This document shows positions 37,249-46,600 of a DNA stretch of 64,000 nt, in pieces. The stretch covers positions 320,001 through 384,000 of the forward strand of contig CAVXGR010000016.1 in NCBI GenBank assembly GCA_963761335.1, in the 5' to 3' direction. Origin of the DNA: an uncultured delta proteobacterium. Lineage in GTDB: Bacteria > Desulfobacterota > Binatia > HRBIN30 > BPIQ01. The notes beneath the pieces were generated by a model. It saw only the letters and a list, made by a program, of their open reading frames with translations, ran no database searches and was not told the DNA's origin. Each line of letters opens with the position of its first letter. Position 1 is the first letter of the stretch. Made by a program: the position numbers and the translations under genes.

Positions 37249-38412
37249 CTATAGGCACTCGTAGAGCGCGGCGATCAACGCCGCGGCGCGGGGGTCGATC
37301 AGCCACAAGCCGATGTGCATCTCGTTCATCGCGTATCCGAATCCGAGACGGGCGTCCGGATCGGCGAAGGCCATCGATCCGCCCATACCGCCGTGGCCAA
37401 AGGCCCGTGGGCTCGGCCCCATCTTCTCGGTCGGCGTGGAGAGCATGAACCCGAGGCCGAAGCGCGTGTGGAGCGGCAGCAGGGCGTCAGGTCCACCGCA
37501 CTGCTCGGTCAGGGCGCGATCGATCGTCTCCCGACTGAGGAGTCGACCGGCCTCCGCGCTTCCACCGGCGCCGAGAATTCCATAGACGCGGGCGAGCGCC
37601 CGGGCATTGGTGTGGCCGTTCGCCGCCGGGATCTCCGCGGCCCGCCACTCGCGCGTGTTGACCGCGTCGGGCGCGATCGGCGGATTCAAGAACGCCTTGA
37701 ACAGCAGTCCGTCGGGGTCCTTCAGGATTTCCGTGAACAGGTTGACGTCCTCCGGAGACGGCATGGGTGGCGGAATCAGCGGCACCACACGTCCCTCCTC
37801 GCTCTCGGGCAGGCCGATGTGGAAATCGACGCCAAACGGCCGCGCGACTTCATCTCGGAAGAACGTGCCCAGGCTCTTGCCGGTGATCCGGCGCACCACC
37901 TCACCAACCAGCCAACCATAGGTGACGGCGTGATAGCCGTGTTTCTTCCCCGGTTCCCACCAGGGCTGCTGCGCCGCCAAAACGGTGGTCATCGTATCCC
38001 ACTCGTAAATGGCAGTTTCCGACAATGGCTGCGCGACCGCCGGCAACCCAGCCTGGTGGGTGAGCAGGTAGCGCACCGGCAGGTCCGCCTTGCCGGCCTG
38101 GGCGAACTCGGGCCAATAGGTCGCCACGGGCGCATCGACGTCCAAACGGCCTTGATCGACCAGGCGATGCGCGCAGATCGCCGTCATCCCCTTGGTGGTC
38201 GAGTAGACATTCACCAGCGCATCATGCGGGAACGGTCGCGTCCGCGCCGCGTCGGCATGCCCGGCCCAAAGATCCACGACCGGCTTGCCATCCAGCACTA
38301 CCGCGACGGCCGCGCCGGTTTCGCCGAACCTGCCGAAGTTGTCGATGAAGGCATCGCGCAGCCGCCGGAACTTCGGGTCGCAAGTGCCCTGGACATCCGG
38401 AGGTGGTGACAT
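37249..38412 (-). CDS. Serine hydrolase (beta-lactamase-related esterase, family VIII)
   Basis: STTK (SxxK), LLTHQAGL, WWEPGKKHGYHAVTYG, FGHGGMGGS. Confidence 0.92.
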   Translation of the reverse strand: MSPPPDVQGTCDPKFRRLRDAFIDNFGRFGETGAAVAVVLDGKPVVDLWAGHADAARTRPFPHDALVNVYSTTKGMTAICAHRLVDQGRLDVDAPVATYWPEFAQAGKADLPVRYLLTHQAGLPAVAQPLSETAIYEWDTMTTVLAAQQPWWEPGKKHGYHAVTYGWLVGEVVRRITGKSLGTFFRDEVARPFGVDFHIGLPESEEGRVVPLIPPPMPSPEDVNLFTEILKDPDGLLFKAFLNPPIAPDAVNTREWRAAEIPAANGHTNARALARVYGILGAGGSAEAGRLLSRETIDRALTEQCGGPDALLPLHTRFGLGFMLSTPTEKMGPSPRAFGHGGMGGSMAFADPDARLGFGYAMNEMHIGLWLIDPRAAALIAALYECL

Positions 38413-38427
38413 GAGGAATCTCTCCTT

Positions 38428-39477
38428 TCAGATTTGCGGACGTTGTTGTTCGACCGAGACTTGCGCGAAGCGGCGCGGGGACTCCCCCGTCCAGCGGCGA
38501 AACGCCCGGGTGAAGGTCGCGGCGTCGGAGAAACCGAGCAGGAAGGCGATCTCCTTGATGCTGTACCTGGCTTGCTGGAGGTAGCGGCACGCCAGGTTTT
38601 GGCGCGCGCGATTCAGCAGGATCTTGTACGAGGCCCCTTCCTGGGCCAGCTGCAGCTGTAGGCTACGGGGGCTCATGCAGAGGCGCCGTGCGACGGCCTC
38701 CTCCGACGGCCCGCCATCCGGTAGGTGCTCGACCAGGAGACCGTGGACGCGATCGGCGAGTGTATCGACGCGTCCGGTGCGGGCGAGATACTCGGCGACG
38801 ATCTTGTCGTTCTGGCGGGCGAGATCCGCATTGCCGTAGGGCAGGGGCGCTTCGATGTCCCCGCGGGCGTACTCCACGGCGTCCTCTGCGGCATCGAAGG
38901 AGATCGGGCAACGAAAGATCTTGTGGAAGCGCTCCGATGTCTTCGGTTCCGGACGCCTCAGATGCAGAGCCAGCGGATTGATCCGGGTGGATCCGCTGAG
39001 TACTCGCAGCGTGCGCACGCCGGTTGCCATGAACGCGTCGATGCCTTCGTGCGGCGGCCCGAGAGGAGAGAGCCGCTCGATGATGAAACGGTAGCGGTCC
39101 CCTACCTCCACGAGACTCTGCGCGGTGGCGTCGCTGATGAGCCGCTGGAAGCGTATGGCGCGCCGTAGAGCGGCTTTGAGGTCGGGGCTGGCGAGGATCG
39201 CATAGCCGAGGGCGTGGAAGGTGACTGGGTTGACGAAGCGCGGCACCTCCAAGCCGAAGCAGGGGTCACCGGTCGCCTCGACAGCCAGCGCCCAAAGGCG
39301 CGTGACGGCCGGCTGCGGCGCGCGTTCTTCTCCGTTGCGCAGGACGCGTGGGCTGATGCCGGCCCGCAGCGCCTGCTCCGTGCCGTTGATTCCGCGTGCA
39401 TCCAATGCGCGGACGATGGCCTGGATCCAGGTTCCCATGGTCGAGGGCACGTCTGCCCTGTGCGGGACGGTTGGCAT
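38428..39477 (-). CDS. AraC family transcriptional regulator
   Basis: LWALAVEATGDPCFGL N-terminal domain; C-terminal VARRLCMSPRSLQ..EIAFLLGFSDAATFTRAFRRWTGESP. Confidence 0.93.
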   Translation of the reverse strand: MPTVPHRADVPSTMGTWIQAIVRALDARGINGTEQALRAGISPRVLRNGEERAPQPAVTRLWALAVEATGDPCFGLEVPRFVNPVTFHALGYAILASPDLKAALRRAIRFQRLISDATAQSLVEVGDRYRFIIERLSPLGPPHEGIDAFMATGVRTLRVLSGSTRINPLALHLRRPEPKTSERFHKIFRCPISFDAAEDAVEYARGDIEAPLPYGNADLARQNDKIVAEYLARTGRVDTLADRVHGLLVEHLPDGGPSEEAVARRLCMSPRSLQLQLAQEGASYKILLNRARQNLACRYLQQARYSIKEIAFLLGFSDAATFTRAFRRWTGESPRRFAQVSVEQQRPQI

Positions 39478-39619
39478 ATCGTCCCCCGTAAAACCACAAT
39501 GTTTCGCCTCTGGCAAAGACTTCTTCGCCGCCGGCAAAGGAAACCGGGGCCGACGTTGGAGGGGGCATGTTTCGCAGCGTACCGGCCTCGCGACGCGGCA
39601 TGCTCGGCAAGGGGTGCCC

Positions 39620-40375
39620 TCAATCGGCCCGGCGCATTGGCTTCTTGACCTTGTCGGGAGAAATCCAGCCCTGGTCGGCGAAATACGCGGACAGGCGCTC
39701 CGCGATTCGGTCGGCGCTCCGCCCGGCCAGGGCGTACGCCCTCGAGCGCAACGCCTTCGCCCCGCCGACGGCGACGTTCGCCGCAACCATGCCGGCAGTC
39801 GCCGCCCCTTGTGCAGCCGCCCCGGCTCCCATGGTCACCGCCGCCCCGGGCATTCTTCCGCTGTCCGCGTGGACCTCGAACTCCATCAGGGTGCGGTACC
39901 CGGTCGCCGATTCGGCGAGGAGCTGAACCTGGGTGTCCACCTTCGATTTTCCGGCGCCGAAGCCGATGACCAGGCGGCGAAGCCTGTTGCCCTCGTCGAT
40001 GTCGATGAAATGGCCGGTGATCACCAATGCGTCTGGCGGCACGTGCGTATCAGTCGTCGCTCGCTGCGCCGGCAGGCGAAGCTCATTGATCTGTCTGACC
40101 AGCTCGTCGGCCATGCGCTCGGCAACCTGCTGCGCGATCTCCGCGGTGCGCTGATCTCGCGTCGTGCTCTCCGCCGCATCGACGACCTTCTGAAACAACG
40201 CCTGGTTCTGGGTGACCTCCTCCAAGTTCACGCCGAACTTGTAGACGAGGACGATCCCGGGTGGGGGAGCACCGGTCGAGGAGGTCTCGTATTGTTGCTT
40301 CATGGTGGTCCGCGCGCAGCCGGCAACACCGAAGACCAACCCACAGATGACGACCGATCGCATGGCCGCGTTCAT
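39620..40375 (-). CDS. DUF4410-like lipoprotein
   Basis: Lipobox VAGC; ITGHFIDIDEGNRLRRLVIGFGAGKS, DSGRMPG. Confidence 0.8.
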   Translation of the reverse strand: MNAAMRSVVICGLVFGVAGCARTTMKQQYETSSTGAPPPGIVLVYKFGVNLEEVTQNQALFQKVVDAAESTTRDQRTAEIAQQVAERMADELVRQINELRLPAQRATTDTHVPPDALVITGHFIDIDEGNRLRRLVIGFGAGKSKVDTQVQLLAESATGYRTLMEFEVHADSGRMPGAAVTMGAGAAAQGAATAGMVAANVAVGGAKALRSRAYALAGRSADRIAERLSAYFADQGWISPDKVKKPMRRAD

Positions 40376-40492
40376 CTCCGCGCCTCCATAGCTCGCGAAG
40401 CTCCCCCGCGGCCCGCGCCCGCGGGGGAGAGGGAAGGTTCTTCCCGCATCTCCCCCGCAGGTGCTTTGCCGCAGGTCGCTTTCCCCACCTCG

Positions 40493-43400
40493 TCAACCGC
40501 CGCAGAGAGTGCCGTTGATGTCGCACTGCGGCGTCTCGCCGCGGTTGCGCTGCTCGTTGTCGAGGGCGCGGACCTCCCCGTTGGTCACGGCGCTGGCGTC
40601 GCAACCGCACAGCTGCGAGGCGCAGCAGCTGCACCCCGCCGCCCGTTCCGCCTTCAGGATCTCGCTGACGTCGCAGCTTTGGATGCCGTAGCAGGCCTCG
40701 GTGGCGAGACCCACGTCGCGTGACGTGCACAGGGTTGCGTCGCAGGTGTAGCCGATCTCGACAGGGCCCGGGAGTCTCTGACAGGAAGCGTACTCCTGAC
40801 ACACGGCATCGCAGCTCACGCCGCTGTCGGGCGGCAACGTCGTCTGGTCGGGGACGTACAGGTCGCATCCGCACTGGCGGCTGACCGCGTCGGGGATGCA
40901 CTGGTTGTTGCAGAGGAGGGGCGTCGGAGTGCTGCGCGGCGTCGGCGTCGACTGCGTGGGCAGTGGTGTGGGCTTCGGTGTCGGCGTGCTGCAGCCGAGC
41001 TGCCCGTCGAGGATCGCCCGGTCGGCGTCGTCGACCTGGCCGTCGTCGTTGAGGTCGGCACCGCACAGCTCGCAGGGGCCGATCGCTTGCTCGAGCAAGC
41101 TGGTGTCGGCGGCGTCGACGTAGCCGTCATGGTTCAAGTCCGAGCGACGACAGGATCCGATGCAATCCATGCCGAGGTTCGCCGTGACGATCTGCGCGTC
41201 GGCACCATTCGTCTCGGCGTCGGTGTTGAGGTCGAAGAAGCTCTGTCCGCCGACCTTGCCGGTCAACGGCGACATCGCCGTGGTAAACGCGGTGACCCCG
41301 TCGGCGTCGCGCTGATCGACGCGCTGGTCGAGGTTGCCGTCGCCCTCGCACATCGCCTGCGAGCTCAGGACGTGCTGCAGCTCTTCCTGCAGCCGCTCGT
41401 AGTTCATCATTTGGACCGTCGTGAGACAGGAGGTGGGGGTTCCCAGGTCGCATGCCGACCCATCGAGGCAGGTGGGCGAGTCCGAGCGCACGTCGCACAG
41501 CAGGCTCGACCCCTTGACGTCGAGCCCGAGTGGGTTGCCCAGCGAACCGGTTGGGGTCAGGTCGTAGAGCTCGAATGAGGATGTCAGCTTGTCGGGCGGG
41601 TAGTGGCCATCATCGGCGGAGCAGTCGGGACGGTCGAGGCGGACGAGCTTGTAGGTCTGGTTGCGCACCGCGTACTGATTGATTGCAGCAAGCGTCGGCG
41701 GGGACATGTCCGCCGTGGCGAGCGCGGCACTCACGGCGCAGCACGAGTGCTCTCCCTGCTGGGCGGCCTCCGCGCCGATCGCCGCCACGACCTCCGGGTC
41801 TGGGCTGTCCGTCGGCCCCCACCAGATGCCGCCGTTGGTGTGGCAAAAGCTCTGTGTATCGGCAATGACGTCGTCGCATTGCGACCCGAGCCCTCCCAAG
41901 GCGAAGACGCACGGCCAGCTGCGCGCGGCAGTATTCACCGGCGATTCGGTGTTCACCTTCGAGTCGAAGACCCCCGGGCCGAGCTGGGTGAAGTTGAAAT
42001 CGCGGATCGGGGTCTGGTTGGCATCGGTCAGATAGGCGAGCATCGGCTGCGCGTCGAGTATGTGGGCAGGAGGGACGACCGCGCTGGGGTCGACCCCGGC
42101 GATCTCGCCGAACAGATCGTACAGGTCGGCGACGTTGACCAGCGCCTTGACGTCGCGGCCGGTCGGGCCTTTGACCAGCGGGCCGGCGACGATCAAGGGG
42201 ACGGACACACCCGTCTGATACACCGTCCCCTTCGAGCGGAGCGGATCATACGGCAGCTTGGCGACCTCGAAGAACGAGCCGTTGTCTCCGACGACGACGA
42301 CCATCGTATTGCTCGCCTGCAGCTCGGGAATCTGCGTGTAGCCGTTCCCGTCCACGACCGTCTCCACGGTTCCCTTCTGATCCAGGGTGGCGAGGTTCAG
42401 CGACGCCAGCAGACGGCCGATCTCACGGTCCATCGTGGTGAGCATGTCGTTGGCGAGAACGCGGTCGTTGGCCAGGTTCCCGTCGCAGCCGATCTGACCG
42501 CCGGCGACCGACGACAGGGACGCGGGTACCTGCTGGTACGGCGTGTGGATGGAGTTGTAGCTCACCGTGAGCATTCGCGGCCCGGCCTGCTGGTTGTACC
42601 AGGCGATCGAGTCGCTCGTCTGCGCGATCGACATGTAGACGCGACTGAGCGGCGGCTCGCCACAGGCCGCGTCGGTGAAGGTGGTGGTGTCGGGTGACAG
42701 GACACCTGAGGTGATCGTGTCCGGCCAGGCGTAGTAGCCGTTGGGCCGCTCGAAATCGAGCACCGCCTCGCCGCTGCCGACCTGCACGCAGTCGGAGCGC
42801 GTTGCATCACCGGGACAGGCGGCGAACGCCGTGGCCTGGCAGCCTCCCGGCTGCTTCACGAAGACGCCCCCGGCCTCCATGCAACTCCGACCGGTGACCA
42901 GCGCCGATTCGGTGCCGCCACCGGGAGCGGGAACCGCCACGAAGTCGGAGCGACAAGAGCCATCCTGGAAGTAACAGCTCCCGGCGGCCTCTCGCTGATC
43001 GAAGCCACACATCAAGTCGCTGGCGGCACCCGACTCGACATGGCCTGCCTGCGAGTCGATCGCGGGTGGCCCCGCTTCCATGTTGCCATCGAAATAGTCG
43101 AAGCCGAGCGTGCGCGGCGAACAGTTGCCGGCGGGGTTGCGGTTGCCCAAGTGGTACTTGCCGACCATGGCGCTGGCGTAGCCGGCCCGCGCCAGCACCC
43201 GCGGCAGAGTGGTCTCGTACGGCGACACCTGCGCCTGCGGCAACATGTTCGGGAGCAGAGCGCTGGTGACACCGTTCCGCAGCGGATAGCGGCCGGTGAA
43301 GATGGTTGCCCGGCTGGGCGAGCACTCCGGCATCGACCACGCATTCGAGAAACGAACCCCGGCGTTTGCCAGGGCATCGAGGTTCGGGGTTGCAGCCTGC

Positions 43401-43669
43401 AGCCCCTCGCCGAGCCCGAAGCTCTTCAGCTGATCGATGCCGACGTCGTCCATGATGATGAAGACGATGTTCGGCGAGGCGGTTCCCGAGGGAGTCCCTG
43501 TCGCGGTCGCCGCGGGAGTCGGAGTGACCGTCGGGTTCGACTGGCCGGCGGTGTCCGTCGGCGTCGGCAAAGGGAAGGGCGATTCGCCGTTGCCGCAGCC
43601 GGCGACGGCGAACATCGCCGCCAGAAATCCCACAACCAGTCGTCGCGATCGAATGCTAAGGTTCGACAT
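40493..43669 (-). CDS. Secreted/lipoprotein sulfatase with dockerin-like EF-hand repeats and Cys-rich tail
   Basis: Lipobox VAGC; PNIVFIIMDDVG, CSPSRATIFTGRY (CxPxR), GKYHL, GDNG, KGTVYQTGVSVPL; DLNHDGYVD/DLNDDGQVD repeats. Confidence 0.88.
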   Translation of the reverse strand: MSNLSIRSRRLVVGFLAAMFAVAGCGNGESPFPLPTPTDTAGQSNPTVTPTPAATATGTPSGTASPNIVFIIMDDVGIDQLKSFGLGEGLQAATPNLDALANAGVRFSNAWSMPECSPSRATIFTGRYPLRNGVTSALLPNMLPQAQVSPYETTLPRVLARAGYASAMVGKYHLGNRNPAGNCSPRTLGFDYFDGNMEAGPPAIDSQAGHVESGAASDLMCGFDQREAAGSCYFQDGSCRSDFVAVPAPGGGTESALVTGRSCMEAGGVFVKQPGGCQATAFAACPGDATRSDCVQVGSGEAVLDFERPNGYYAWPDTITSGVLSPDTTTFTDAACGEPPLSRVYMSIAQTSDSIAWYNQQAGPRMLTVSYNSIHTPYQQVPASLSSVAGGQIGCDGNLANDRVLANDMLTTMDREIGRLLASLNLATLDQKGTVETVVDGNGYTQIPELQASNTMVVVVGDNGSFFEVAKLPYDPLRSKGTVYQTGVSVPLIVAGPLVKGPTGRDVKALVNVADLYDLFGEIAGVDPSAVVPPAHILDAQPMLAYLTDANQTPIRDFNFTQLGPGVFDSKVNTESPVNTAARSWPCVFALGGLGSQCDDVIADTQSFCHTNGGIWWGPTDSPDPEVVAAIGAEAAQQGEHSCCAVSAALATADMSPPTLAAINQYAVRNQTYKLVRLDRPDCSADDGHYPPDKLTSSFELYDLTPTGSLGNPLGLDVKGSSLLCDVRSDSPTCLDGSACDLGTPTSCLTTVQMMNYERLQEELQHVLSSQAMCEGDGNLDQRVDQRDADGVTAFTTAMSPLTGKVGGQSFFDLNTDAETNGADAQIVTANLGMDCIGSCRRSDLNHDGYVDAADTSLLEQAIGPCELCGADLNDDGQVDDADRAILDGQLGCSTPTPKPTPLPTQSTPTPRSTPTPLLCNNQCIPDAVSRQCGCDLYVPDQTTLPPDSGVSCDAVCQEYASCQRLPGPVEIGYTCDATLCTSRDVGLATEACYGIQSCDVSEILKAERAAGCSCCASQLCGCDASAVTNGEVRALDNEQRNRGETPQCDINGTLCGG

Positions 43670-46600
43670 GACTCCTCCTCTTTCTCTGCTGGCCTGCCGG
43701 CCGCTGACCGTCACTTGACGGATTTTCGACTCTCCCACCTTCGACTCTCCCACCGCGGGACCGGAGCAGACTGAAGAGAGCCGCAAAGAGCAACAGCGCG
43801 ATCAGTCCGTTCGACCCGTGAGCGGAGGAATCCGAAATCGCGCAGCCGTCTCCGGTCGCCGGTACACCCGCCGTCGCCGTGGGCACCGGCACCGTCGGCG
43901 TCGTCGCCGGCACGGTCGCGGTCGGAGTTGGCGGCGGCGTCTCGCCGACGTCCAGGTCGGCCGTTCCGAGGATCGCCGTCCGACCATCGACGACAGCGGT
44001 CGCCAGGATCTGGTATCGGCCGATCTCCCGTGGCACGAACGGTACCTGCGCCTCGCTTACACGCCCGGAGCGAATCCGCGAGAGGACTTCCTCGTCGAAC
44101 GCCGGCAACTTGGCGATCACCTCGTCCGGGCTCATATCCGCGGCTGTGGGCGGTATCGCGTAGAAGCGAACGACCTGGCCGTCGATCTTGTTGCCCAGCG
44201 CCCGCATGGCGGCGCGCACCACGGTCTTCTGTCCCGGCAGTACCACCTCGGGGGTGACGCTCACGCGGTCGAGCTGGAGCTTCCCCTGGACGAGTGCCGC
44301 GACCGGTCTGAGGACCGCAGAGCCGGTGACTGACAGCTGGCTCGCCTCCGTCGTCGCCGGCGCGACGTAGAAGGCAACGTGATAGTACCCGACGTTGTTG
44401 CTGAACTCGTCGATGCAGGTGTTGCACAGGCAATTGCCGCAGTCGCTGTTGGAGGTGCAGGCCCTTCCGGAGACCGCACAGGTGCCGTTCGTAGCGCACG
44501 TATTGTCCGCCGCGCCGGGGCAGTCGCTGTCTGCAGTGCAAGCGCCGCGCGTCGCCCGGCAGCTTCCGTTCACGCAGCTGTTGTCCTTCGGGCAGAGGTC
44601 GGCGATCGACTTGAGTGGGCCGGGGATCCCCGTCAGCGAGTGATCCGGCAGCTCCTGCACGAGCGCGGGATTGCCGTTGATGTCTTGACCCTGGAGATAC
44701 GTGACGACCCAGAACACGAAGTACTTGTCGCCGCAGCCGCCGCTTCCGCAGACGGAGGAATCGCCGGTATCGAAGGTCGTGTTCGCCAGCGCCCAGTTCG
44801 GCTGCCCGGGGTGATTCGCAGACTCGAAACCCGGAAGTGGATCAAGCGTGTCCTCTCCGAGGAACAGGCTGTCGGCGGCCTGGTTCGCGATGCAGCACGC
44901 ATCGCAGCTATCCTGGCAGGAAATCACGGCGCCGCCGGGCTGGGTGCAGCTCTCACTGTGATTGTAGTAGCCAGCCGGCGCCGAGCAGGTCGCGTCCCAT
45001 GGCTGCGCATAGAAATCGACCTTGATCTGGGTTCCCTGCGGCATGTCCTGCAGGCTGTAGTTGTACACCCGTGCCTGGAGCGAGAGCAGGTCGCCTTCGT
45101 TGGCCTGCTCCAGCTGAGGGCCCTGGCTCGGGGTGGCCGCCGGGGTGATGAAGAACCCCCGCATCTGGTAGAATCCGTCGCTCCACAAGTCCTGCGGCGT
45201 CGGGTCGGCCGGATCGTACGAGATGCAGTCGGCCGTCACGTCGTTGGCCGCGCTCACCGGACGGCACTGTGTCAGGGAGGGATCGGAGCTTCCCTTCCCC
45301 GGAGGAGCGCTCAGGTGCACGGGGCGATTGAGCGCCAGATCGACGTAGTGATTGTACGCGCCCGTCTGCCACCACGACCCGCTTCCCTCCTTCTTCACGT
45401 CGACGGTGAAGGCAGTGCGGAGCACCCCGTTCGTCTGTACCTCCGCACTCGTCGGCGTCAGGGGCTGGAGCGTGCCCGGGGCCGGCGCGCTGCCGAAGAT
45501 ATAGCCCTGCCCGAAGTAGGCGAACTTGTCCGGATCCAGGAAGGTGCCCGGCTGACCGACGGTGATACCGGTCGAGGCGTCCAGGCTGCTGCTGTTCGTC
45601 CGCGCCGTGCTGAGCGCCTCGTTGGCGTTGATCGAGATCGACTCCGACAGCTTCGCCCCCGCGACGCTCGATGTGAGGCTCGGCGTCGAAGCCGTCATCG
45701 TCTCGGTCAGGCTCTGCGAGAACTGGCCGCCGTTGCTGACCGTTTTGCTCGACCCGCTCCCGGCGCTCCAGTTCAACGAGTACGAGACATCCGACTCGTC
45801 GGTCTTGAACGAAGCCGCCTCCGACAGCAGCGAGTAGCCGCTGCCGTTGGCGTCGCAGATGTTGACTCCATATCGGGAGGCGAGCTGCGCACAGCTCGAC
45901 GGATAGGACAGAATCTGTCCGGGCTCATGGACTGGCTGGTACCACTCGAGGCCGCTGTCGTCCGCATAGGTCGATGAGACCGAGGTGTCTCCCGAGTACT
46001 GCACGTAGAGCTGCTGCTGGTCGGCGACCGGGCAGGTGGTGGCGTCGTTCGGACAATCGGCGTCGGTCGAGCACGACACTTTTGTCGAGATGCTGCAGGT
46101 TCCGTCCTGGCAGCTATCGACGCAAACCGTCTGGCCAAGGACGGGATAGTAATAGACGTTGTAGTCGCGGCTCGTATACCAGATGAAGTCGTGCAATCCG
46201 GTCTTCGCGCTCACGGACTCGCTGCTGCCCTCGTAGCTGCTGTTCGTCTTGCTGACGGAGTGATCGTACGTGTTGCTGGCGGCGAAGCTCACCTCCTGCG
46301 TGAACTCGATCCCCGTCGGAGTGAGCGACTTGGTCTTCTCGCTCAGCTTGACCGAGGCGCCGAGCGACCAGCTCGACATATCGGTGGTGGACTTCGACGA
46401 CTGGTTGCTCTCTGCAAATGAGTACTCCGAGTTGTACTCCGAGGGCAGCATGCTGAAGTTCATCAGGCAGCGCAGCGGGGAGCCGTCCGCACAAGTGGTG
46501 TCCGAAGCCAGGTCGGTACAGTTGCAGATGTTGCTTGTACTGAAGCTCGTCGGGCAGTCGTTCGGGGTCGGATTGCAGTACTCGGTCTCGCCGACGTCAC

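Noticed and set aside
37249..38412. Beta-lactam resistance gene
   Set aside because: Motifs fit family VIII esterase-like serine hydrolases rather than class A/C beta-lactamases.
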